Shown: positions 18,210 to 26,288 of the stretch, piece after piece
Position numbering within the stretch: the stretch's first letter is position 1
Layout of the letters: each line of letters opens with the position of its first letter
NCBI GenBank assembly: GCA_965247115.1
Contig: CBDFGR010000002.1
Span: 480,001-544,000 of the forward strand
DNA: 64,000 nucleotides
From: Myxococcota bacterium
GTDB taxonomy: Bacteria > Myxococcota_A > UBA9160 > SZUA-336
Direction: 5' to 3'
The notes under the pieces: generated by a model
Seen by the model: the letters and a program-made list of their open reading frames with translations, nothing else
The model's database searches: none
Told to the model about the DNA's origin: nothing
Program-made: the position numbers and the translations under genes

Positions 18210-19811
18210 GTGGCCCGAGAGAGTTCCGAGGCCTTTCTGATTGACGTCATCGCGGCGCGCGCGGAGCGCAACGCCGACTTCCCGGTGCTCACGTTCGAGT
18301 GTGCGGAGAAGGAGGACGAATCTCGGACCTTCGGCCAGCTCCGCGAGCGGGCCAACAGCCTGGCCGCGGAGCTCGTCGCGCGGGGGCTCGAGCGGGGCGA
18401 TCGCTTCGGCCTGATGATGCGCAACCACCCCGAGTTCGTGGAGTCCATGATTGCCGCGTCGACCAGCGCCACGGTCTTCGTGCCGATCGATCCGCGCACC
18501 AGGGGCGAGAAGCTCGCCTACACGCTGCGCAACTCCGGCTGCAAGGGCATCCTGGTCGCAGACTACGGCCTGCCGCATCTGGAGGAGGTCCGGGCCGAGC
18601 TCCCCGAGCTCGGCTTCGTCCTCGTGCTCGAGAGCGGCGAGGACGGCGCGCCGTTGCTCTCGGAGTTCCGGGATCTGGAATCCCTGGACGAGGTGCTCCG
18701 CAAGCCTGCGGCCACGGTGGACTCGCGCCTGCAGAGTCCGTCGGACCCATTCCAGATCATCTACACGTCCGGCACCACCGGGGATCCCAAGGGCGTGGTG
18801 CAGGCGGGCGGCCGCTACGGCAGCATGTCAGCGTTCGGGCGCGTCGTCTTCGCCTTCACCGAGGAGGAGAAACTCTACACGGGTCTCTCGCTCACGCACG
18901 GAAACGCGCAGGCGGTAACGCTCGCGGGCGCGCTGTGCCTGGAGATTCCCGCGGTGATCAGCCGCCGCTTCACCAAGTCGCGCCTCTGGGACATCTGTCG
19001 CAAGCACGGCTGTACGACCTTCTCGCTGCTCGGTGGCATGGCCACGGCCATCTACAGCGAGCCTCCCAAGCCGAACGACGCCGACAACCCCGTGCGCATG
19101 GTCACGAGCGCCGGCATGCCGCGCGCTATCTGGGAGAACTTCGAGAAGCGCTTCGACCTCAAGATCCTCGAGTGGTACGGCGCCGTCGAGGGCGGCCTTG
19201 CCTGCAAGCCGATCGGTCAGGGGCCGATGGGCTCCTTTGGCAAGGCCGGGCCGGGCCTGGAGATGAAGATCCTCGACGAGAACGACGTCGAGTGCGGCCC
19301 CGGCGTGCAGGGAGAGATCTGCTCGCGCCCGGCGAGCGGCGCTGCCCCCAAGGTCGAGTACCACAACAACCCGGACGCCTCGAGCAAGAAGACCCAGGGC
19401 GGCTGGCTGCGCAGCGGCGACATCGGCCACCGCGACGCCGATGACTGGCTCTTCTTCGACTACCGCAAGGGCGGAGGGATCCGGCACAACGGCGACTTCA
19501 TCAACCCGGGCTTCGTCGAGGGTGTCATCTCGGAGCACCCGAAAGTGGCGGACGTCTTCGTCTACGGCGTCCCGGCGAAGTCGGGCGCCCCGGGCGAAAA
19601 GGACGTGGTCGCCGCCGTCGTTCCCCTAGGGGGCCAGACGCTCGACCCGAGCTCCGTGTTCGAGCTCTGCGTCTCCGGACTCGAGCCCAACTTCATCCCG
19701 TCCTATCTGCAGGTGGTGGACGCGATCCCGAAGACCGCGTCGGAGAAACCCCAAGAACGCTTCCTCGCAGAGCGCTTCGCCCCTGGCGCCGAAGGCATCC
19801 ACGAGCGCTAA
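18210..19811 (+). CDS. AMP-binding acyl-CoA ligase (CaiC-like)
   Basis: YTSGTTGDPKGV, YGAVEG, SGDIG and IPKTASEK. Confidence 0.92.
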   Translation: MARESSEAFLIDVIAARAERNADFPVLTFECAEKEDESRTFGQLRERANSLAAELVARGLERGDRFGLMMRNHPEFVESMIAASTSATVFVPIDPRTRGEKLAYTLRNSGCKGILVADYGLPHLEEVRAELPELGFVLVLESGEDGAPLLSEFRDLESLDEVLRKPAATVDSRLQSPSDPFQIIYTSGTTGDPKGVVQAGGRYGSMSAFGRVVFAFTEEEKLYTGLSLTHGNAQAVTLAGALCLEIPAVISRRFTKSRLWDICRKHGCTTFSLLGGMATAIYSEPPKPNDADNPVRMVTSAGMPRAIWENFEKRFDLKILEWYGAVEGGLACKPIGQGPMGSFGKAGPGLEMKILDENDVECGPGVQGEICSRPASGAAPKVEYHNNPDASSKKTQGGWLRSGDIGHRDADDWLFFDYRKGGGIRHNGDFINPGFVEGVISEHPKVADVFVYGVPAKSGAPGEKDVVAAVVPLGGQTLDPSSVFELCVSGLEPNFIPSYLQVVDAIPKTASEKPQERFLAERFAPGAEGIHER

Positions 19812-19813
19812 GG

Positions 19814-19918
19814 GGGTCTTGTGGGACCCGGCCCGCGGGCGTCCGCGGGCCACCCACCTCCGCTCAGGCCTACGGCCTTCGCTGCGCGCGCCGCTCATGC
19901 GGCGCTTGCAGGGAGGTG
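19814..19918. repeat. Multi-hairpin intergenic element (REP-like) between convergent genes
   Basis: GGCCCGCGG-N4-CCGCGGGCC hairpin. CACCTCC...GGAGGTG stem encloses AGGCC-TAC-GGCCT and GCGCCGC-TCAT-GCGGCGC. Confidence 0.55.
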
Positions 19919-19943
19919 CGTCGGGCATCGGGCGTCGGGAATC

Positions 19944-20339
19944 CTACCAAGCACCTTCGACCAGCGTGGCTTCCTCGTTGCCCGGCCAGGCCGGAACGGT
20001 GGCGATCAGGAAGACGAAGGGCTCGTCGCTCGTGGTGCGAAACTGGAAGGCGACGCTGGGCGGGATGTGGAGGCTGAAGCCGGGGCCGGCGTCCAGCAGC
20101 TCCTGCCGAGCGCCCGACTTGAGCCAGATCTCGGCGCTTCCGGAGGCCACGTACCAGAACTCCTCGACGCTCCTGTGTTTGATGGCTCGCGAGACAGCTC
20201 CAGCCCGCAGCGTGCAGTGCGCGAGGCTGGCTCCAGCGCTGCGCACGAGCTCGCGGATCTCCGAGCCATCGGGCGCCAGCACGTACTCCCGCTGCGCGAG
20301 CAAAACGGGCTCGAGCGAGCTGGAGGAGGGCTGGGGCAC
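19944..20339 (-). CDS. Cupin domain protein
   Basis: LAPDGSEIR.L, SLAHC, HRSVEEFWYV.SG and FQFR..P.WPG..EA. Confidence 0.82.
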   Translation of the reverse strand: MPQPSSSSLEPVLLAQREYVLAPDGSEIRELVRSAGASLAHCTLRAGAVSRAIKHRSVEEFWYVASGSAEIWLKSGARQELLDAGPGFSLHIPPSVAFQFRTTSDEPFVFLIATVPAWPGNEEATLVEGAW

Positions 20340-20345
20340 AACCCG

Positions 20346-21029
20346 TCAGTCCTCTTCCACCAGGACGATGTGAACCTCGCGCGGACCGTGGACGCCCTTG
20401 GTGATCACGAACTCGATGTCGCCCGTGCGGCTCGGACCCGTGATCAAGGTCACTGCGCTCGCAGGGTAGCCCGGGTCCGTGGCGAGCCGCCGGAAGAGCG
20501 CGGCCAGATCGGGCAGCAGATCGGCCGCCCGCACGACCGCGACGTGGACTGGGGGCAGCAGTGAGATCGCCCTGCCCTGTCCCGGGCGATGCAGGAGCAC
20601 GAGCGTCCCGCTCTCCGCTACGCCGTACTCCGCCTCCGTGAGGCCGACCTCGGCGGCCGCGATCGCGACGCGCAGATCGTTCTGGCCGGAGTCGTCGAGC
20701 CGGATGCTGGTGAGCTCCAACCCGTCTCCGCCGACGTCGAGCGCACGCAGCCCGTCCGTGTCCCCCTGCACGATCCGCTCGGCGCCGAGCTTCTTCAGCA
20801 GCTCGCGGACTGCCTCGCGCGCCTCCGCGAGCGATGACACTCGAAGCACCTCGGCCTCGGCAGCCTGAGCCTCGCGCGCAAACTGGTCGGCGAGATTCTC
20901 GAAGGCCGATTCCTCGGCCGCCTTTGTCGCCTGTACTGGCGGCGGCGGGCTGCTCGACTCGCCACGGCCCCCGACAGCCAGGGCGCGACGAACCTCCGCG
21001 AGAAACGTGCCTCGGTCAGTCGTCGCCAC
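20346..21029 (-). CDS. lutC: Lactate utilization protein C (LUD domain)
   Basis: AESGTLV, R.ISLLPPVH and ITGPSRTGDIE...GVHGP. Confidence 0.9.
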   Translation of the reverse strand: MATTDRGTFLAEVRRALAVGGRGESSSPPPPVQATKAAEESAFENLADQFAREAQAAEAEVLRVSSLAEAREAVRELLKKLGAERIVQGDTDGLRALDVGGDGLELTSIRLDDSGQNDLRVAIAAAEVGLTEAEYGVAESGTLVLLHRPGQGRAISLLPPVHVAVVRAADLLPDLAALFRRLATDPGYPASAVTLITGPSRTGDIEFVITKGVHGPREVHIVLVEED

Positions 21030-22419
21030 GCATCTCCTTCCAACGCTCTCGGAAGCTCTCGCGCGCGAGAGCGGGGAGGTCGCGACTCGCCGTCCAGGCA
21101 GAGAGGAGGGGGGTCCCCTTCCTGTTCCGCGGTATGAGCGGGCTCAGCCAGCGCGCAACTCTCGAGATCGCGCGATAGCGGGCTGGGGATCGCACGAGCC
21201 AGCCGAAGCTCCGCAACAGCGCGCGCTCGAAAGCTCGGCCCCCTACGCCGTCGACCACGCGCTCGCGCTGGGCCAGCAGTAGACGCGGCAGGTCGATCCG
21301 AACCGGGCACACCTCCTTGCAGGCTCCGCACAGAGAAGACGCGAAGGGCAAGGGCGCGGCCGCCGCGTGCCCGACGAGACTCGGGGTCACCACCGCGCCG
21401 ATCGGACCGGGGTACACCCACCCGTACGCGTGTCCGCCGGCGTGCCTGTACACAGGGCACACATTCAGGCACGCACCGCAGCGAATGCAGTAAAGCGCCT
21501 CGCGCAGCGCGGGATCGGCCAGGATGGCAGTCCGCCCGTTGTCGAGAATCACCAGGTGGAACTCGTCGGGACCGTCCTCCTCGCCGTCTCGGCGCGGACC
21601 GGTGAGCAGCGAGACGTAGCTCGACATCTTCTGGCCCGTCGCGCTGCGCGCCAGGATGCGCAGGAACACCGCGAGCGACTCCATGTCGGGAACCACTTTC
21701 TCCATTCCCATGACGGCGATGTGGCAGCGAGGCAAGGTCGTCGACAGGCGCGCGTTCCCCTCGTTCTCGACGATGGCGATCGTACCCGTCTCGGCGACCG
21801 CGAAGTTCGCGCCGGTGATCCCGACATCAGCCTCGAGGAACTTTGCGCGCAACAGCTCGCGCGCCTCTTGCGTGAGCTCCTCACGCTTCGCCTTTCTCTC
21901 GGTGTGGTGCTTCTCCTCGAACAGATCAGAGATCTGGTCCTTGGTCTTGTGAACCGCCGGCACAATGATGTGGGAGGGGGTGTCTCCGGCGATCTGGATG
22001 ATGTACTCGCCCAGATCCGTCTCGACCGGCTCGACTCCCGCCGCAACGAGGGCGTCGTTCAGGCCGATCTCCTCATTGGTCATGGACTTGCTCTTGACGG
22101 CGATGCGCCCACCCCGTTCGGCGACGATCGCGAGCACGATCTGTCGCGCCTCCGCGGCATCACGCGCCCAGTGCACCACGCCGCCATGGGTCTCGACGCT
22201 CGACGCGAGCCGATCGAGGTGTAGATCCAGCTCTTCGATGGTTCGCCGCTTGATCTCGCGCGCGCGGTCACGCAGCGCATCTCCAGCAGGGAACTCGGCA
22301 AAGGCGTCGTGGCGCGCCTGGCTCAGCCGGCCCGTCGCGGCGTTGAGCGAACCTTGCAGCTCGGCCTCCCCCAGGGCTCTGCTGGCGTTTGCGGCGAAGC
22401 GGTTCGCGTTGACCTCCAT
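21016..22419 (-). CDS. lutB: Lactate utilization protein B (Fe-S)
   Basis: VKSKSM, ETDLGEYIIQ, ENEGNAR, CIRCGACLNVCP and SLCGAC.EVCP. ATG overlaps the lutA TAA. Confidence 0.93.
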   Translation of the reverse strand: MEVNANRFAANASRALGEAELQGSLNAATGRLSQARHDAFAEFPAGDALRDRAREIKRRTIEELDLHLDRLASSVETHGGVVHWARDAAEARQIVLAIVAERGGRIAVKSKSMTNEEIGLNDALVAAGVEPVETDLGEYIIQIAGDTPSHIIVPAVHKTKDQISDLFEEKHHTERKAKREELTQEARELLRAKFLEADVGITGANFAVAETGTIAIVENEGNARLSTTLPRCHIAVMGMEKVVPDMESLAVFLRILARSATGQKMSSYVSLLTGPRRDGEEDGPDEFHLVILDNGRTAILADPALREALYCIRCGACLNVCPVYRHAGGHAYGWVYPGPIGAVVTPSLVGHAAAAPLPFASSLCGACKEVCPVRIDLPRLLLAQRERVVDGVGGRAFERALLRSFGWLVRSPARYRAISRVARWLSPLIPRNRKGTPLLSAWTASRDLPALARESFRERWKEMRGDD

Positions 22420-23174
22420 TAGCGCGAACCCGCGACCGGATCGAGACCCGCGACCGGATCGAAACCCGCGAGCAGCTCGGCGACGTGGAGCGTCCGGATG
22501 TCGGAGCCTCTCCGGGCCAACCCGCCGCCAATGTGGAGCAGGCAGCCAGCATCCGAGGCCGTCATCAGCTCGGCGCCGCTGGCCTCCACTGCCCGCAGCT
22601 TGTCGGCGAGGATCGCGCTCGACAGCTCCCCGAACTTCACGCTGAACGCGCCGCCGAAGCCACAGCACGCGGAGGAGTCGGCGAGCTCGACGAGCTCCAG
22701 ACCCGCGATGCCCGAAAGCAACGCGCGGGGCGCCTCGTCCACGCCGAGCTCGCGCAGCAGGTGGCAGGAGGGATGGTAGGCGACGCGGCCGTTGAAGCGC
22801 GCGCTCGACTCGAAGCCGCGGTCCACCAGAAACTCGGTCAGCTCGAACGTGCGCTTCCCGAGCTCTCGCGCGCGCTCCTGCCAGCTCGGCTCGTCCTCGA
22901 AGAGGTGTGCGTTGAAGATCCGGGCCATGCTCGTGCAGGAGCCCGAGACGGAGACCACGGCATCGTAAGGCTCGAAGATCTCGACGTGGCGACGCGCAAG
23001 CGGCCGTGCCAGCTCGCGATGGCCCGCGTTCCAGGCCGGCTGGCCACAACAGGTTTGCGCTTCTGGGAACGCGACCCGGCAACCCGCCTCCTCGAGCAGG
23101 CGCACGGCAGCCTCGCCGACGCGCGGCAGAAACTGATCGACGAGACAGGTCACGAACAAGGCCGTCTCCGTCAC
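22419..23174 (-). CDS. lutA: Lactate utilization protein A (CCG-domain Fe-S protein)
   Basis: LFVTCLVD, QTCCGQP, YHPSCH and CCGFGG.FSVK. Confidence 0.93.
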   Translation of the reverse strand: MTETALFVTCLVDQFLPRVGEAAVRLLEEAGCRVAFPEAQTCCGQPAWNAGHRELARPLARRHVEIFEPYDAVVSVSGSCTSMARIFNAHLFEDEPSWQERARELGKRTFELTEFLVDRGFESSARFNGRVAYHPSCHLLRELGVDEAPRALLSGIAGLELVELADSSACCGFGGAFSVKFGELSSAILADKLRAVEASGAELMTASDAGCLLHIGGGLARRGSDIRTLHVAELLAGFDPVAGLDPVAGSR

Positions 23175-23234
23175 GGGCGGATCTCCACGCGAACCAGTCT
23201 ACGCTACGAACGCAGCCCGGTCTCGCCGACCTTC

Positions 23235-23659
23235 ACATCCGCTCGGAGAAACGCGTAGATGCGGGCCGCTGGATCGAAGCCTGGATCGTCGCTGGACCCA
23301 TGGCAGAAGCCGCGCGGGCAACGGCGCCCGCTCTGGAATCCCTCGCCAGGGCCAGGCCGCTCCATATCGTCGAGACACTCGAGCAAGCACCCGCAAAGGG
23401 AGTAGCGACTGACGTTCTCCGGCACGGACGAATCTGCGTGCCGCTCGCCGGCCTGTTCGACGCTCAGGAGGAGCGCGCTCGTCTTCACAAGCAGCTCGCC
23501 GCCATCGGGGCATCCATCGCCCGCCTCGAGGCCAAGCTCTCGAACCCGGACTTCGTCACCCGGGCACCGGCGACTGTCGTCGCAAACGATCGCGAGAGGC
23601 TTCGTGCCGAGGAGTCTCAGCGAGCGGGCCTCTGGCAGCACTTGGAGGAGTTGGACTAG
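23235..23659 (+). pseudogene. valS: Orphan C-terminal fragment of valyl-tRNA synthetase (end of anticodon domain plus coiled-coil arm)
   Basis: VPLAGLFD..EERARL.K.L....ARLEAKLSNPDFVTRAP..VV..DRERL. No catalytic domain upstream, since lutA begins 60 bp away on the other strand. Confidence 0.75.
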
Positions 23660-24350
23660 CTGCTCACAAAGCTCGAACTCTTCCCGGGGAGAGTGACTAG
23701 CAGGCCCGCACATTCTCCAGAAGAACGGGCACCCCTTGACAGGCTTTTGCCCGCACCGGCGTCCGACGACTCCCGCCGCCGAGAATCGTCTCCTGGCTGC
23801 GACCCTTTCCGTGGGATCCGTTGGGCCGGATTCCGCTTCACAAGTCCGGACGTCTTCGGATCATCGAACACCGCGGACTCTCAGACACCAAAAAGCGTCG
23901 TGCTACCCTCTCGTTCTCCACTATTCGGTCCCGTGGAAAGGCAAGGATGATCCCTGCATCACTCGCGATTCTTTCAAACCCGGAGCTACTTGAGGCCTTA
24001 GCGAAGCTCGTCGCTAGAGACCGACATGTCGAGGCGGAAGTTCTAGCGCACCTCGGAGAAGTCGACTCGCGTCGGCTCTACGCCGCCGAGGGCTTTCCTT
24101 CGATGTTCAAGTACTGCACCGACGTGCTCCACTTCTCCGAAGCGGCGGCCTTCCAACGGATCCGCGCGGCGCGCTTGGGTCGTGCGTACCCGGTCGTCAT
24201 GGAGCGGATTCGGCGAGGGGAGATCCACCTGGCCGGAGTTACGCTCCTGGCACCGCATCTTACTTCCGAGAATCACGTAGAACTGCTCGATGGCGCGCGG
24301 TACAAGAGCAAGCGCCAGATCGAGGTATTCCTGGCTGACCGGGCGCCTAG

Positions 24351-25625
24351 CAGGCTGCTGAAAAACTCCTCATCGAAGGGTACCTTGGGAGCGAGCCCCA
24401 AAGGGGGAGGCGTGAGAGGACAGGGGACGCTTCAGGGCGGGATGTTCAGCTACGTGTCGCTGGAGTCGCGGATTCCGGATGATCATCCGCTTCGAGCGAT
24501 GCGGCGCATGGTCGACACGGCGCTGCAGCGGCTATCGCCGCGCTTCGACGCGATCTACGCCAGAGGCGTAGGGCGCCCGTCCGTGCCCCCGGAGCAGCTG
24601 CTGCGCGCCCTGCTGCTGCAGGTGCTCTACACCATCCGGAGCGAGCGGCAGCTGGTGGAGCAGCTGGAGTACAACCTGCTGTATCGCTGGTTCGTGGGTC
24701 TGGAGCTTGACGAGGTGGTGTTCAGCGCCACGGTGTTCACGAAGAACCGAGACCGGCTGCTCAAGGGCGAGATTGCCGAGCACTTCTTCGACGCAGTGCT
24801 GGAGCAGGCCGAGACCGAGGGATGGGTGTCGTTGGAGCACTTCACGGTAGACGGGACGCTGATCGAGGCGTGGGCGAGCCAGAAGAGCTTCGTACGGAAG
24901 GACGAGGAACGGAGAGACGACGATGACCCGGGCAACCCGACGGTGAACTTCCGAGGCGAGAAGCGGAGCAACCAGACGCATGCGTCGACGACGGATCCCG
25001 ACGCACGACTCGCCGGTATGAGAGGCCAAGGCGCCCGACTCGCGTACCAGGGACACGTGGTGACGGAGAACCGGAACGGCTTGGTGGTCGCGGCGAAGCT
25101 CACGCAGGCGTCGGGATATGCGGAGCGCGAAGCGGCGCTCGAGATGGTGGAAGGTCTGGGAGGCGGGCGTCGGAGGACATTGGGCGGAGACAAGGGCTTC
25201 GACACGAAGGGGTTCGTGGAAGAGCTTCGAGAGTTGGGCGTGACCCCACACGTGGCGCAGAACACGACGAATCGACGCAGCGCGATCGACGGGCGGACGA
25301 CGCGCCACCGGGGCTACGAACTGAGTCAGCGTTTTCGCAAACGGGTGGAAGAGGTCTTCGGCTGGATGAAGACCGTGGGGCTGATGCGCAAGACCCGACA
25401 CCGCGGCACGGATCGGGTCGGCTGGGTCTTCACCTTCACGGCCGCAGCCTACAACCTGATCCGGATCCGCAAGCTGCTGGAGGCCACGTAGGTCATGTGC
25501 GAAACCGCCCCGCGATCAGCGGAGCCCAAGACCGGTTCGAACCGGGAATCGCGCCCCGCCCCTCGGCCGGTGAACCCCCTCGTCGGAAGGACCACCCCTC
25601 AACCAGTCACTTTCTCCGCAGCCTG
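24351..25625 (+). mobile_element. IS5-family insertion sequence, 1275 bp, CTAG target-site duplication
   Basis: IRL CAGGCTGCTGAAAAA and IRR (reverse complement) CAGGCTGCGGAGAAA match 13/15. CTAG at 24347-24350 and 25626-25629. Confidence 0.92.
24412..25491 (+). CDS. IS5-family DDE transposase
   Basis: GTG after GGGGGAGG. MFSYVSLESRIP.DHPLR, GRPSVPPE.LLRALLLQ, VDGT, DKGFD and RVEEVFGWMK. Confidence 0.93.
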   Translation: MRGQGTLQGGMFSYVSLESRIPDDHPLRAMRRMVDTALQRLSPRFDAIYARGVGRPSVPPEQLLRALLLQVLYTIRSERQLVEQLEYNLLYRWFVGLELDEVVFSATVFTKNRDRLLKGEIAEHFFDAVLEQAETEGWVSLEHFTVDGTLIEAWASQKSFVRKDEERRDDDDPGNPTVNFRGEKRSNQTHASTTDPDARLAGMRGQGARLAYQGHVVTENRNGLVVAAKLTQASGYAEREAALEMVEGLGGGRRRTLGGDKGFDTKGFVEELRELGVTPHVAQNTTNRRSAIDGRTTRHRGYELSQRFRKRVEEVFGWMKTVGLMRKTRHRGTDRVGWVFTFTAAAYNLIRIRKLLEAT

Positions 25626-26288
25626 CTAGGCCCGAAGTCAGGTCAACGGTGCGAAAGCTCCCTGAGGCCAGGACAGCCGGCGTCGCATCTTCCCCTCATC
25701 GGGCAATGCCAATCGTGTCGCCTCGCTCACCACGCCCCAGGTGCCCTGCGCCTGAACCACTCGGAGAGAAACGGTTCAAGATCCAGTTCACGGCAAGCGG
25801 CGCACTGTGCGAGAAGCTTCGAGAGGTCCAAGCCTTGCTCCGGCATCAGATTCCTGACGGAGAACTGGCGGCGATCTTCGACCGGGCACTCACCCTGCTG
25901 CGTGAGGAGACGAGGCGAAAGAAGTTTGCTGAGACGTCCAAGCCTCGGGGTCCGTCGACGAAAGCGGTCCGGAAGAAGGGTGCGTCGCGACACATTCCCG
26001 CGGAGATCAGGAGAGCCGTTGCCGCGAGAGACAGTGGGCAGTGTGCCTTCGTGAGCGAGAGCGGACGTCGGTGCCGGTCAGCGAACCTTCTGGAATATCA
26101 TCACGTCGAGCCGTGGGCGAGATCCCGGTGTCACTCGATCTCGGGGATCGAGCTGCGTTGCCATGAACACAACCAGCACGCTGCAGAGCGGGACTTCGGA
26201 GTTGCTCACGTGGCACGCTTTCGAAAGCAAAGCAGTGAGCCGCTTTGCAACTCTCCCCGGCAAGAGTCCGAGCGCGGGAGCCCAGACC

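Larger units (their letters stand above)
23677..26267 (+). mobile_element. Putative HNH-endonuclease element bounded by 18-bp palindromic inverted repeats (contains nested IS5)
   Basis: ACTCTTCCCGGGGAGAGT (23677-23694) and ACTCTCCCCGGCAAGAGT (26250-26267) are 17/18 reverse complements and bracket the HNH gene. Confidence 0.5.

Noticed and set aside
21016..23082. Extended starts in the ORF track (lutB 688 aa, amidase 728 aa, CocE 714 aa, nitroreductase 352 aa)
   Set aside because: The extensions overlap neighbouring genes. Downstream starts fit RBS/-10 signals and family N-termini.
23697..23705. CTAGCAGGC, identical to the IS5 target plus first IR bases
   Set aside because: Only 9 bp match with no partner end, so chance or an unprovable remnant.
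23821..25491. 556-aa ORF read as one native gene
   Set aside because: It is a chimera of the HNH N-terminus and an IS5 transposase, as the IRs and CTAG duplication show. The TTG start at 23821 lies in the non-coding leader.
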